A stretch of 63,809 nucleotides of DNA, filler included, from Choristocarpus tenellus KU-1152 (Eukaryota; Protista; Phaeophyceae), in assembly GCA_964200185.2 (NCBI GenBank). It is 11 parts of 11 records of this genome, joined end to end, with 100 filler letters (N's around TTAATTAATTAA, not from the genome) between each part and the next. Parts side by side here need not be neighbours in the genome. Positions count along the whole stretch, not along the records: positions 43,098 to 55,665 come from CAXNAD020001783.1; positions 55,766 to 60,961 come from CAXNAD020011543.1; positions 61,062 to 63,809 come from CAXNAD020025077.1; 8 more parts are not named here. One strand, given 5' to 3'. The notes beneath the pieces were generated by a model. It was not told the origin of the DNA. It was given only the letters and a program-made list of their open reading frames with translations, and ran no database searches. The position numbers and the translations under genes were made by a program. Positions 52,079 to 63,809 of the stretch are shown in pieces. Every line of letters begins with the position of its first letter. The first letter of the stretch is position 1.

Positions 52079-54035
52079 TTGTTTGATCGTGAAGCGTCCA
52101 TAGATGTGATGGTTTATAGAGATCGGTCCGTGTGTGTGATAAATTGTGTGGATGGTGTTGTTATGTGTTTGTGTTTGATGTGCTACTTCATTCATAGAAC
52201 TGTGGCGTTGTTGCACTTCGCCACAGCATTGCTGTGTGTGTGTTTCAGGTTACGTGGACACCTATGTTAGGTGTGGTCCTTGGGCAGCTGCAATTCTTAG
52301 TGCATCCTAACAGTTAAAGCCTCAAGTCATTCGCATGGTCTGGTGGGAAAGTTGTATGGATTATTCCCAGGATCTGTGGTTGTTTGAGAGTTGTGTGCAT
52401 GATCGAGGTCTGTGTTTCCCGTGATGGTTATGAGGGACCCTCCGACGTTTTTCTCTTTTAGATACTTCAGAGGTACATGTTTCTTTGCAGGTTCTGATCA
52501 CGGATTGTTCCCTCTTTGCCAGACTTCCACTGTGTTTTTCTCTGTTTTATGTCATGCTGACAAAGCTTTCTTGACAGGGGGGGGCAAGCTCATATCCAAA
52601 AAGTCTTTTGAATCCATGATGCATTCAATGCATGTTTGGGAGTTGAGAGAGTAGCAAAGAATATTAGAATACGAGCGAGTCGGTCTAGCCTTGCATGAAG
52701 TCGTTTCAAAGATTTACTTTGTTGCAGCATGAGGTTTTTGTGTTCGATAGCAACCAGAGCTTGCCTTCCTGCATAGGCACCATATGATGCATGCAGTAGA
52801 GAGTTAGTCTTTTTTGTTATGTGATAGGAAGGGAGGGGGGGGGGGAAGAGGGGGGGGGGGAGCGGGGGGGGGAAAATGTGCTACCCAGACAAATACCACA
52901 CCCTCCCCCCCAACTTGACAGCTGCTCATGCATACACGGTTTGCTGTCACCCTTTTTCTTCTTTGTAGAACAAGGGAAGAGGGAGGTGTAGGTGTGAGGT
53001 TGGGAAATGACATGATGTGTCTCCCTTGTGGTATGTTTCACATGACAGCATCGATGAGTTCCTTGATGTTCAGTTAGCCACTTGACCCTTCCAAATAGTC
53101 TAGACTGGCTGATCACCTCAGCTGAAAGAGAGTTCTTGTAGTCGCTGCCTTTCTTTCAATTGTACTGGTGACAGCCCAGGAATAGCCATAGCCACACTAC
53201 AGTATAGCTGGAGGGTATCCTTGCGCTGCCGCGCCAGGTTCACAGTTAAAACAAATCTAGTGAGGTATATAATAAATAGAACGTCATTAGGCTCAAACAG
53301 CTACCATGTGCATTAGAGTGTGAGTTCTTGTGTTTGCTATGTTGTTCTTGCTGAAGAGAACTGCAATGCTGGAATGGATATTACACCCGTCCTACCCTCC
53401 TCTTGAATGCAGAAAGGGAGTGAAATATATTCAGAATCCTTCTAAGTTCCTTATTTCAAACTCATCTTGCCAGCTAGTTCATTGGGGGTGGCATCACTTG
53501 TAAACAAATTTATCACACCACAATCAGTGGCTTCTAAATGTATTAATGCTTTTCTTTCACACTTCCGTTACCCTACAGCTCAAAAGAGGGAATTTTCAAA
53601 GTTTGCCTATTTTCTTTTTGAGGCTCCATCCGCCATTGCCTTGACAGAAGTAGTTTTGGAGTTTTATGACAGTACGATGCGTACATAATGAGTTTTTTTT
53701 TTTACAAGTATACATACCTCCGGTTTCAGTTCTGAAATTCCATGTGCACATACGAGTTGGTCCAAACAGCGCCCCTTTGAGTAGTGAGGATTCCCTTTGC
53801 CTGCAAGGAACTGGAATGCATAGGTGAAACTGCAATTGCCTTGTAGAATATGAGAATCCTCAATAAATGATCTGATTCCAAGGGCGGTGCATCAGTGGTG
53901 ATCGTCCAACCAGCATATCTACTAGACAAAACCTCACTGGCCCTGCTGTGTGGTGTCGAGCATCATGAAGTGCAGTAGTGATCACTACAGATCTCTTATG
54001 AAAGTGTTCCCTCACCCATGTTGTAGGCAACCTGG

Positions 54036-54219
54036 GACTCGAAGTATCTGGGGGGGGAGGGGGGGGGCTGCACCAGGGTGTCCATTCGGGCCCTGACCAG
54101 GAGAAGTGCACTTACATTATCCATCCGATGCATGCAACCAAATCACACAAAAATTGCAACGTGGAAAAATGGACCCCAAATGGACGACAGCCCCCACCCC
54201 CCCCAAGATACTCTGAGTC
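54036..54219 (+). mobile_element. MITE family B, complete copy, TSD TGG
   Basis: GACTCGAAGTATCTGGGGG...CCCCAAGATACTCTGAGTC; TGG on both flanks. Confidence 0.88.
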
Positions 54220-54825
54220 TGGTGTTGGGGATTTGGCAACACCTTTGGTATCAATCGTTCAGCAAGGGTGTCCCACCGAGGGGACTCTCTGATTGTGCAG
54301 AAAGTTCTCCCCGAGTGCAATTTTCTCTTTGTTGGTATCCTTATTGGCCTTAAGGCTTGATTTTTGTTTCCCATCTGACCCTGACATCTCCATTGTGAGT
54401 GAACCTTAGCATTTCCATTACCACCATCATCTGCATACGTCAATATTTAGTGTCTCATTATCGAAACCTTGTTCCTTTGCCAACCTCGAAATTCTTAAAT
54501 GCATTGTTCCAAGACCAGTGTTCCTTCTGGAGCTGCACCCTCAGCAACGAACCTACTCCACCCACTCCCCCATTGCTCTCATCCTCAACATCATGATTCC
54601 ACCCATCCTCCTCCCACTATGCATCTCCAGGACTGCCTGCACAAGATCACTGCACCAGAAGCCTTCTGCTCACAACACTACCAGTGCTGATCGCTTTTTT
54701 GGGTGTAGGGGTGGGTGGGTGTGTGTGTGGGGGGGGTGTTTTTGGGTTGTTGCATGACAAGTCATTCCATTTTGAGCACCTTGTATGTGGTTGCAAAGTA
54801 CACAGCGGTCATTCAAAGGCCAACT

Positions 54826-54993
54826 TCTTGTACTGTGTAGTGGTTTATCTTGTACTGTGCAGTGGTCTATCTTGTACTGTGTAGTGGTTTATCTTGTACT
54901 GTGTAGTGGTTTATCTTGTACTGTGTAGTGGTTTATCTTGTACTGTGTAGTGGTTTATCTTGTACTGTGCAGTGGTTTATCTTGTACTGTGTA
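54826..54993. repeat. Minisatellite, 22-bp unit TCTTGTACTGTGTAGTGGTTTA, about 7.6 copies
   Basis: Head-to-tail near-identical units without spacers. Confidence 0.95.
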
Positions 54994-55642
54994 CTTTGTC
55001 ACCCTTAGAGCTGTCCGTGGTCGAGCCCCCAGGTGTACCTGACGTGCCTCACCAGGGTTTAGATTTAAGCCTCGCCACATGTGAAAGAGTTAGAGCAAAC
55101 CTTGCCCTGAACAAAGAGGTGGGAGGTCTCCTATATATTCACATTACTTTCCCTCCCTCTCCGGCTTTTTGAGATGAGCACGAATGCGTGCAGTATGAAC
55201 ACCACTCCGAACACGTTCATAGTAAGTGTTACAAACTGTCTCGAACGTTGATTTACTCATCTAAAATGCTATAATTTTAGCGAGTGCGACGGATTGTTAC
55301 GTTCGCCGAGAAACCTCACAAAGTGTTGACTTTAGAACAAAGGTGACGACATGCAACACTTGCTAATTTTTGTTGTTGTTGTTGTCAGAGTAATTGAGGG
55401 ATGAAGTCGTGTTGTATACATAAGCGTCAATATGTTGCAGCAGGTCGATTGCCTATCAGATTGTGTCAACAAATGCCGTGTGAGAGGAATCTGTGTTTTG
55501 ACCCACGCTGGGGTTGTGCTTGACAGAATGGTAAGATTGAAATATCCAAGAGGTCTACTCTCTATTACAATGCGCCCGATGGTAGAAGGTGTTGGGATAC
55601 ACATGGACACCGCCGCTGGAGCTGCAAGTACAGTTTGGAGTA

Positions 55643-55665
55643 GGGTCAAAGTATCTGGGGGGGGG
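55643..55665. mobile_element. MITE family B' terminus, truncated at linker
   Basis: GGGTCAAAGTATCTGGGGGGGGG. Confidence 0.6.
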
Positions 55666-55840
55666 NNNNNNNNNNNNNNNNNNNNNNNNNNNNNNNNNNN
55701 NNNNNNNNNTTAATTAATTAANNNNNNNNNNNNNNNNNNNNNNNNNNNNNNNNNNNNNNNNNNNNTAATTTATTGTTCCATTACTCCATAAATAATTTAC
55801 CGTAACTGTCCGATAGAGTTGGAAGAGTCTAATCGAACAG

Positions 55841-56143
55841 CTATCTCATGGCGCCATCGCGATCATTACTGTGGTGCTGCCGTTCTTGCGTTCTCTCGTC
55901 ACCTTCATCCTGTTCGAAAGGAACCCACTCGTTTTAGCCAACGTGTTTTACCCGTTGCTCTACCTCACCACCCTGCTGCCCATCAAGATCTTTGCCTTGT
56001 TCACGATGAACAACACCGGCTGGGGCACCTCCTCGAGGAAGAAACTCGTGACCAACTACTGCCCAGTCTTGTCGGTGGTGTTGTGGCAGCTCAATTTGCT
56101 CGCAGCACTTGTATGGCACTTCTTTGGGCGTCCTATGCTGTAA
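55841..56143 (+). CDS. HAS: Terminal exon of a class I hyaluronan synthase-like GT2 glycosyltransferase
   Basis: Branch-like CTAAT and CAG acceptor, then LSHGAIAIITVVLPFLRSLVTFILFERNPLVLANVFYPLLYLTTLLPIKIFALFTMNNTGWGTSSRKKLVTNYCPVLSVVLWQLNLLAALVWHFFGRPML*. The WGT gating-loop motif and flanking TM helices are as in the HAS family. Upstream exons lie beyond the contig start. Confidence 0.8.
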   Translation, partial: LSHGAIAIITVVLPFLRSLVTFILFERNPLVLANVFYPLLYLTTLLPIKIFALFTMNNTGWGTSSRKKLVTNYCPVLSVVLWQLNLLAALVWHFFGRPML

Positions 56144-58768
56144 TGTCAGCGACCTCTTTCTTGATACGCCAAGCATGGTGACCCATAATAGAATTTGGTG
56201 TGGTGAGGCTGCAGTGTCGTTGCTGGTGTTCTTGTCGCGCATAATATGAGAGCACCGCGCGCTTTGCGGATGGTGGTATGGCTGGCTCCCTGGCTGCCAA
56301 CCGACTTGGTCGTGTTCTCTTCCCACATCAAGAGACTTCGAGAATAGGGAGGGAAGAGTAGTCGGTGTACCTTTTCTTCGGTTTTCCGGTATCTGGAGGT
56401 ACTAGTGGAGAAGGGTGTCTAATAGGAATATTCTTGTTCAGGTATACCACGTGAGAGGAGTGTGAGGTGTTATTCGTAGCCTCTTCAAACGAATTGTTGC
56501 CGTGACCAAACAAGGATAGATAGTAGTATAAACATGAATGATATATGATGAGAGTTGAAATGTTTCAACAATTGGTTAAACATGGTTTAGAGAGAAGTAT
56601 CTTAGCATTTTTGACAACGTTTGCATTTACAGTAATATATATATATATATATTGTAATATACTTAGAAGTATAGTTTGTTCTTTCCCTGACATATATTCA
56701 AGGTGTTGTGGGGCACAATGATAAATGTAAATCATAGGTCATCCCACTACTCTCGAAACATATTTTATTGAAGCCAACCGAGACGTCCCCAAATCGTACC
56801 TGACTGACCTGCAATATGATGTTATCCAGACAAACACTTGAGCCATGATTACACGAGACACAGAGTATCATTTGAGGTAATAGTTGGTCCTTGTAACCCT
56901 GATCGACGTTCATAAATGATTTAACCGACGTTGAGTTCTTTCATACTAAATTGAAGTGGATTTTCTCGTGCATACTGAAATTTATCCTCTGGTGGGATAC
57001 TTTTTGAAATGAGATCTAAAATCTCACGCTGTGTAGTCCGCGTATATGTGTGCACTCTGTGTGGTTTCTAAAGTGTGTCATATCCACCTCGCTTAGTGAC
57101 AATGATGATTCCTGTTGTTCCCTTGACAGAACCGTGCATGTTGTGTGTGAACCTGTATTGCTTACTTTGCCAGTAGTTCTACTATTGGTATTGTAACTGC
57201 TACTGCTACAAGAAAGGGTAATGATAACAGCAACATCGGCAAGGATGACGAATAATCTGTAGGGTGAGTGTTGTTATGGGGTAGGAAGAGGGAAGTTGTC
57301 TGGTACAAGAACAGCACTCATTTTGAAAAAGATTGATACTTGTTGATGCTTTCTGCATGTCGTCATCATACGTCTCACAACACATATGAAGAAATGTGTG
57401 CAGTAGTGAGTGCAGTAGTTGTACTTAGTGGAGGTAGCGCTGAAGGGATTTGTAAAAGTCAAAGAACTCGCTTCACCTCTGCTGATTACAAAACGAGAAT
57501 GTCAACAACAGGCACTCACAACCCAGCAACAAGGACAACAAGAAGAGGGGCAATACTCAACCTTGCTTTAAACAAATATTTCTACCTCATCTGCATGCCA
57601 GAAAAATCACAACTGCATGCCTGCAGCCACAACAAAAATCTTAGGCACTTCACAAGAACGAGAAGGAAAATATTGAAAAATATTGAACACAAAGAACCAC
57701 CAATAATAGTATTAGGAAGAACACCGTTTGTCACACGAGGGATAGTGGGGGGGGGTTGTCTCGATGTCTAAGATACAACAAACGGATTGTGAATACGTCA
57801 AGTCGATAAGGACAATAACGACATAACAACAACGTATTATCAGGAAGTGATTGTCTGTACCACCATGCCCGAGTACGGTGCCCTTTTGAGCAAGTGTGAA
57901 AGCAGATGGCGCCCTTTTGATATTATGGTTCTTCAAACCGACCACACAAAGACGAAACCTAAAGAGTCGAAAACAAAAAATATTATATTTGGATCGACAA
58001 TACAACATAATTACGATAGTAGTACTACTGATGCGAGCGAATGTGCCCCGCACACCAATAAATAAAGAGGACAATGTAGTAGGTAGTTTTTCGTGTCAAA
58101 CAAGGCACGAATGCGTGAAAGGAATACACATAAAAAAAACGTCACTGTGTACATTGTCCGCACACGACTTCGTATGTAAGCGTTGCCTACGGTTAGAGTT
58201 CCGAAATGAAATTAAGCCATTTTCGATCCGAAATAAACGAGTGGTACGCAGTTTTTGGCCGTTACACATTTCAAGACATATTTTTCCGTTTTTTGCAATT
58301 CCCCCTTATTTCTGTAGTTGAGGCAATAGGATTGACTTGAGAGCATTGATTTCTCTATTGTTTGGAAATTGCCAACAGAATACAGAGAGGTCCTCATACA
58401 CATTTGTGGAAAAAGGTGAATTTTGCACGGGATTGTTGGCATCCTCAAAATGCTACAATGGGTACTTCTCGTTCTCTTTGATCCTTTTTCCGGATGCCCA
58501 GATAGATGTCTTATCTTAGAACCAATGTGTATAGCTGCAGGGGAAGGGGAGAAGTCTGGAAAGAACACCAAGGATAAGGTGGGTTGTGGAGGACAAGGAT
58601 GTTCTGGGAATAATGAACCTCACAGGGAAGCAAAGTGAATAATTGTCCATAGTGAGTGCGGAAATGATATATATATCATATACATATATATATCGTGCAG
58701 GGGTTCCTTTCACAGGATCAAACACTTTTGAAAGAAAATTTTTGTGGATTCCCGGGTTAACAAAAAAA

Positions 58769-59026
58769 GAGTGAAAGTATCTTAGAGGGCACGAGTTTTG
58801 CCTTGTTTTCCGTTTGGGGCTTGGCTTCCCACGGGTTTTAAATGAAATTTTCCTACTCCGAAAAAGTTTGGGAGTAGGCAAAATGTGTATGTTATTGAAA
58901 GGTGTGTCCGAAACAAGGATATTGACACTTCCTAACAAACACTATAGCCAAAATTACATCAAAATCGGAAAATTGAATTCTTGCACCCAGATGGACGTGG
59001 TTCGACCCTCTAAGATACTTCGACTC
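58769..59026 (-). mobile_element. MITE family A, complete copy, TSD AAA(A)
   Basis: GAGTGAAAGTATCTTAGAGGG...ACCCTCTAAGATACTTCGACTC; A-runs on both flanks. Confidence 0.9.
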
Positions 59027-59410
59027 AAAATGGTTTGTGTATATTTGTGTTCGTGTTTGTGTGTGTGTATGCAGATGTGTGAGTTCTTGTTCTACATAGG
59101 TATGGGTGTGACGGTAAAGTGGTACCTTATGGTAGGGGGGGGACAGAGGCCTTTGTAGTTTATTGGTACTGGTCTGTAGAAAAGGTACAATTGTTACAGA
59201 AATAGAACATTTTATGTCACGCTTTATATTGGGCGACTTGATGCGGTTAGACACTATTGAGAGGTATGATGATGAATAACACATCCTGAAATAATCTCTT
59301 GAGGATAAAACGTTGAAATTACATGAAAAGTCAAGAGGTTGAAAGCTTTTGCAGGAAGAATAGTGTATGAAGACTACGCATATGTGCAGTTCATAGTGTA
59401 CCACGGTGTT

Positions 59411-59607
59411 GAGTCAAACCAACTGATAGTAGGTAGGCAGGGTTACATTTTAAAGATATCCAAGTAAAGGGCAAGAATGCGCTGTTTTGTATAGTTGCAG
59501 AAATATACTTTGCTGAATATCATGTCCCTTTGTGTGTTGGGAGAGGGAAGACCAGTTTTGCAATGCAAAGGAGCCCAAACCTGCCTACCTCTCAATTGGT
59601 TTGACTC
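59411..59607 (-). mobile_element. MITE family C, internally deleted copy
   Basis: GAGTCAAACCAACTGATAGTAGGTAGGCAGG...CCTGCCTACCTCTCAATTGGTTTGACTC. Confidence 0.82.
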
Positions 59608-62600
59608 GATGTACACATGTGCGTTAGTGGGTATTGGGGTCCTTGTTTGTGCACGTGTGTGTGTTTGTGTTTGTTAGTGCACAAGTTACGGAAGCGAAAT
59701 TATATGCTTGCATCGATGCATATTTGACGCAGGACATTTTGTTCATAAACGAAACACTTCAAGGGGGGTTCTTTAGTTATGTGGCACATTACTTTGTGGG
59801 TGGTGGTGGTGGTGTTTGGGTTGGCAGACACGTACAGGACGTAGGAACGTTTTGGAGGCTTGACAATGTTGTGGTGTGCGTGTGCACCAACACAAATATG
59901 TTGAAATAAAATAATTTGTTGTTATACGGCAGGACTTAGAGAAAGAGATTTTAGTGCAATCCCACTGAAACATGCTGGATATTGTGTGATAAAGCGGAAG
60001 GATATTATTTAGTTCGAATCTAGTGCTGAAGGAGATGTGTGCGGAGGGGACTGTTCCAAAAATTAGACGAAGATGGTCTTGTGTTACACGTCCAAGAGAG
60101 ATGGCAATGTCATATAGGTCCTACTGTGGTCATGCATATAGCTCCTGATGCTGCTTGGTGTTTTAACCTGGAATTGTGTTAATCGTTGGTTCTCGTGAAG
60201 TGCTCTGTGTAGAGTCTCGAAGTTTTGTTTAAAGCGAAGGGATGACCTAGTGTACTAAAGCACTTGTGGAATTTAATTGGATGCATCCTTGTGATACGCT
60301 CTGTGAAGAGGCTGGATGAATACTGTGAAGTACAGCAATTTTCAGTTCCGCAGTTCAGGATAGTCACGCATGCTCTGAATAGAGACTTGTGGATGTATCA
60401 ACTCTAAATATATCCCATTCAGTTGTATGTCGAGGTACACCTACTGCAGAGTGAATTCGAAGTCAGAAGAAGGGTTAACATCTACAATAAAAACTATAAA
60501 ACAAAATACTAGGGTTGTTTGGTCTATGAGAAAAAAAATAGGAGATTACTCAAGTCCAATTCTTAGTCAACTCGCGTGCTTCACGTACTGATTGAGTTTA
60601 TCTTTACCAAATGGATCAAACTTACTATGACCATGCAGTGTGCAACGGTAGGTTGTGATCATATATCGCGAAGGGTAGTATTCGTGTGATGTGGGATACA
60701 TACTAATTAAACATTTCTAGTGGACGAGTCAACAGTCAAACACTAGTTGATGGTACAGAACTGCATCTACAAATCGTGGAGGAAGTAAGCTAAGTTTTTT
60801 AAGTATAACCATGTAGAGTGCAACGGTGTAAGTTGTGATCATATATCATGCAGATCGGTATACATCCAATGTGGGTTACTTGTACGCTAAGAACAGGGGA
60901 ATCTCAAAATTGAGGAAGGCGCGGGACTATGAGGATGGTTTTTTTGCGAAAACGGTCTTAANNNNNNNNNNNNNNNNNNNNNNNNNNNNNNNNNNNNNNN
61001 NNNNNTTAATTAATTAANNNNNNNNNNNNNNNNNNNNNNNNNNNNNNNNNNNNNNNNNNNNCTTTGTTGCAAACACCATCAAGATATGATTAAGGGAGGA
61101 GGTAGAGGGGGAGATGTAGGGGATGGTAGTAGTTGTCCCCGTTGATGCTCAGTTTCAATATTGAACATTGTTCCCTGTCAAGAAGAAACTGATATGCAGT
61201 AAAATTTATCAGGAACACCTTTGTAGCCTCACAAACATATGAAATGTGCGTGAAATTAACATAGCAATCACCACACTTTCACGTAAGTACTTCCTACTTC
61301 ATGCTAATAACTTGCAAATACTTTCCGTCATAGCAAAGGACATTAATGAGCAATAATGGTATATTGGGGCATGGAAAAACAGGAATTGTAATGTACCATG
61401 GTTAATACTCTCAAGTTTTTATCCCTCGCTTCATTAGAAAGTCAGGCAGCAATCAACCACTGCGTAACACAATATAGGACTTCTCCCACATCCACCCCAT
61501 CTAGCCACTCTCCATACACAGATCCTTCTTATCGAAGAAATGCACAGATGCAGATTGAGAGATGCGAAATGCATCTTGGCGCAATAGGTCAAGAATATCT
61601 GTATATGCTTGATTCACTGCATCCTTTTCACATTACATGTTGTAGACTCTACTGTCCTTTCTTTGGGAAAATGAACACTACGAACTTGGTACAAAACTGG
61701 TCGGGGTCATTCCAGCCAACCTGGCAATTGCCAAGAGAGTTAGGCAATCAGACTGAATGAGTGCACTTGGTGAAACCCTCGGAAATTCACTAACGACTGA
61801 TAAGGAACAATATTGATCGACGGTGTTAGCTCTCCAAAGTTAGCACGATCAATCACCACCTTCCTCGGATAAGGGAGATTAAAAAAGATCATATACCGTG
61901 TTGTGTTTTCAAGGAATGGATATAATCATTGATCACGGGGGTTCACACCTGCGCGTAAACATCCTGGGTGATTGTAGAGCAGTCTCCACTTGCATTACAG
62001 TCCACCATCCCATCCCCAATTGTCACAACAAGTGAGCACCTCCCCGACCAACTCCAAGCGTCACGTCCTGCATGCTGCTCAGATGTAAGGTGGAAGGGTT
62101 GAAAGTTAGATCACGTGTTAACGAGGACACGCCATCACTACCAACACAGAGAAATACTGGGAGATTCCATTTTCCCGAGGTTGAGTCTCATGGCTATCCT
62201 CATGACTCCATGCTCCATGTAAAAAAGAGGGGGAAATCTCTAGCAGATGACCAGAGAGGATACAAATACGGACCTCCTTATTGACGAGAACGCCCCGAGG
62301 ACAAAATCGTCTAACATCCTCTCTATTTCTTAATTAGAATATAAGGATTGAACAACCCTCCTTAAGCCGAATCTCACACCTGCCCTCGTTGGAACAATGC
62401 TGTCGCAGTCACCAACCATGGCGTCAGTATTATGATCGGCCGCATAACCACCCCTACAAAGGGACGGACGCCCCTCGGCGATCTGCGTGGTGAGGACACT
62501 CTGGACCCTCAGTGCGATTTGTCCAGAAGCAAGTTGGAATTCTCCAAGCACTTCCACCTCCTTCTCTTCCCTCGCCCTTTAGAATACCTCCAGCCCACCC

Positions 62601-63669
62601 AACCGAAAGCGAGAAGGGGCTGAAATTAGCCTTACAGTCACACCACCACCCCAACCCTTCCCAAGTGGTTCGGAACCCACCGAACTGTAATAAGGGAGTT
62701 CAACGAACAACCTGAGTTAAGGCGCAATTCTCGACCTGAATCCAGAGAGAGGGCGAAAGCTATGTATCCTAAAACTTTCTTCACAACGTCTGGGGACCTT
62801 TTGTTCCTATTCGTGTGGGGTTACCTCCCTCTTGGCTGTACTTTCTCACCCTCCAACCTTCCTCTCCAACCTTAACAATTTCAGTACAATGAATTATGAC
62901 AGATGTTTCTTGTGTCGATTTTTTTGTGTGGATATTGGAACAATCAAGTACCACAACATAAGTCGCGGTATAATGAATTGAATCAAAGGAGGATTCCAAA
63001 TATATTCAAACTATTTTATTATTATGTCCTCTGACATTTTGCAGATGTATCTTCAAACTATTATATGTGAAAGGGCATCCTATGACATTTTACTACTACT
63101 AGTAGTAATTTTGTCCAAAAACGAGGAATATATAGTATCCTTGTACCGATTAATAACTCAACGAAATCCAATTTCAAAATACTGGATATATATTCTAGTA
63201 ACTAGTAATATATCTATATATGTTATATTTCATTATATATTATTGTGGGCAAAATAATAATATATATTATATACTGTTCCAACTGTAGGAACAGCAGGAT
63301 CCACAAACAAAAATGACTGTTGTGTTTGGTATTTAAACGTTGACAAGTGTCCTTCCTTCGCGGTACAATGGTGATGAAAAACAAAAAATGTTATACATTG
63401 TACCGCATTATTTGGAGACCATTAACGTCAGTCAATTTACTCCACTATTATTTATTTATATTTATATTTATACTTATCCACTAATACTAGATTATAACGA
63501 AATTTCCAGATCACTTCGTGGTACAAGGAGAAGTATCTATAATATTTTTTCATGTATTTATATATTTTTCTTGGACTCTTACTCGTTTTAATAAGGTATA
63601 TGAATTAACCCCAATATATTGTACCTAACCTAAATCTCTCATTAATAGAATATACATAATAGAATAGTG

Positions 63670-63809
63670 GACCGAAATCTTCGCATGGATCTGGTGTTTC
63701 ACGCAGGGGCACTAGCAGATGCTGGAACAGCTCCCTACAGGGACAAAGGTCTCCTCCTGGACATCACCTTCGCGAAGGTACAGGCCACCTCCCACCTCAC
63801 CCATTCACC
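63670..63809 (+). mobile_element. RLE-type non-LTR retrotransposon endonuclease fragment (5'-truncated, runs off window)
   Basis: Open frame DRNLRMDLVFHAGALADAGTAPYRDKGLLLDITFAKVQATSHL (R-x-D...D-(V/I)-T restriction-like motif); abrupt start after AT-rich DNA. Confidence 0.75.

Noticed and set aside
54826-54993. CRISPR-like array
   Set aside because: Units are head-to-tail with no unique spacers, there are no cas genes, and the context is eukaryotic; it is a minisatellite.

Overview
Eukaryotic, intron-containing, repeat-rich DNA. Eleven contigs are joined by ten artificial 100-bp linkers (N44-TTAATTAATTAA-N44), so adjacency across linkers is not biological evidence. The non-LTR retrotransposon peptides (RMDLVFHAGALADA...LLDITF) and intron style suggest a stramenopile, probably a brown alga; this is inference. 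Host-gene content: four spliced exons of a classical SDR oxidoreductase, an intronless 174-aa acidic protein ending in a TOS-like motif (FEMDM), a tentative three-exon membrane-protein 3' end, and the last exon of a class I hyaluronan-synthase-like GT2 (LLPIKIFALFTMNNTGWGTSSRK), which is the most striking gene. Mobile DNA dominates. It includes more than 20 copies of related MITEs (three families plus a variant) with GAGYCAAA/GACYCAAAG/GGGTCAAAG termini and 3-4 bp TSDs (Sola2/Zator-like), a Copia gag-protease remnant with an inverted triplication, IS630/Tc1 remnants, RLE-type LINE remnants and several fold-back elements. There is also a spliced ParB/Srx-like pseudogene. Most ORFs in the supplied track are spurious.
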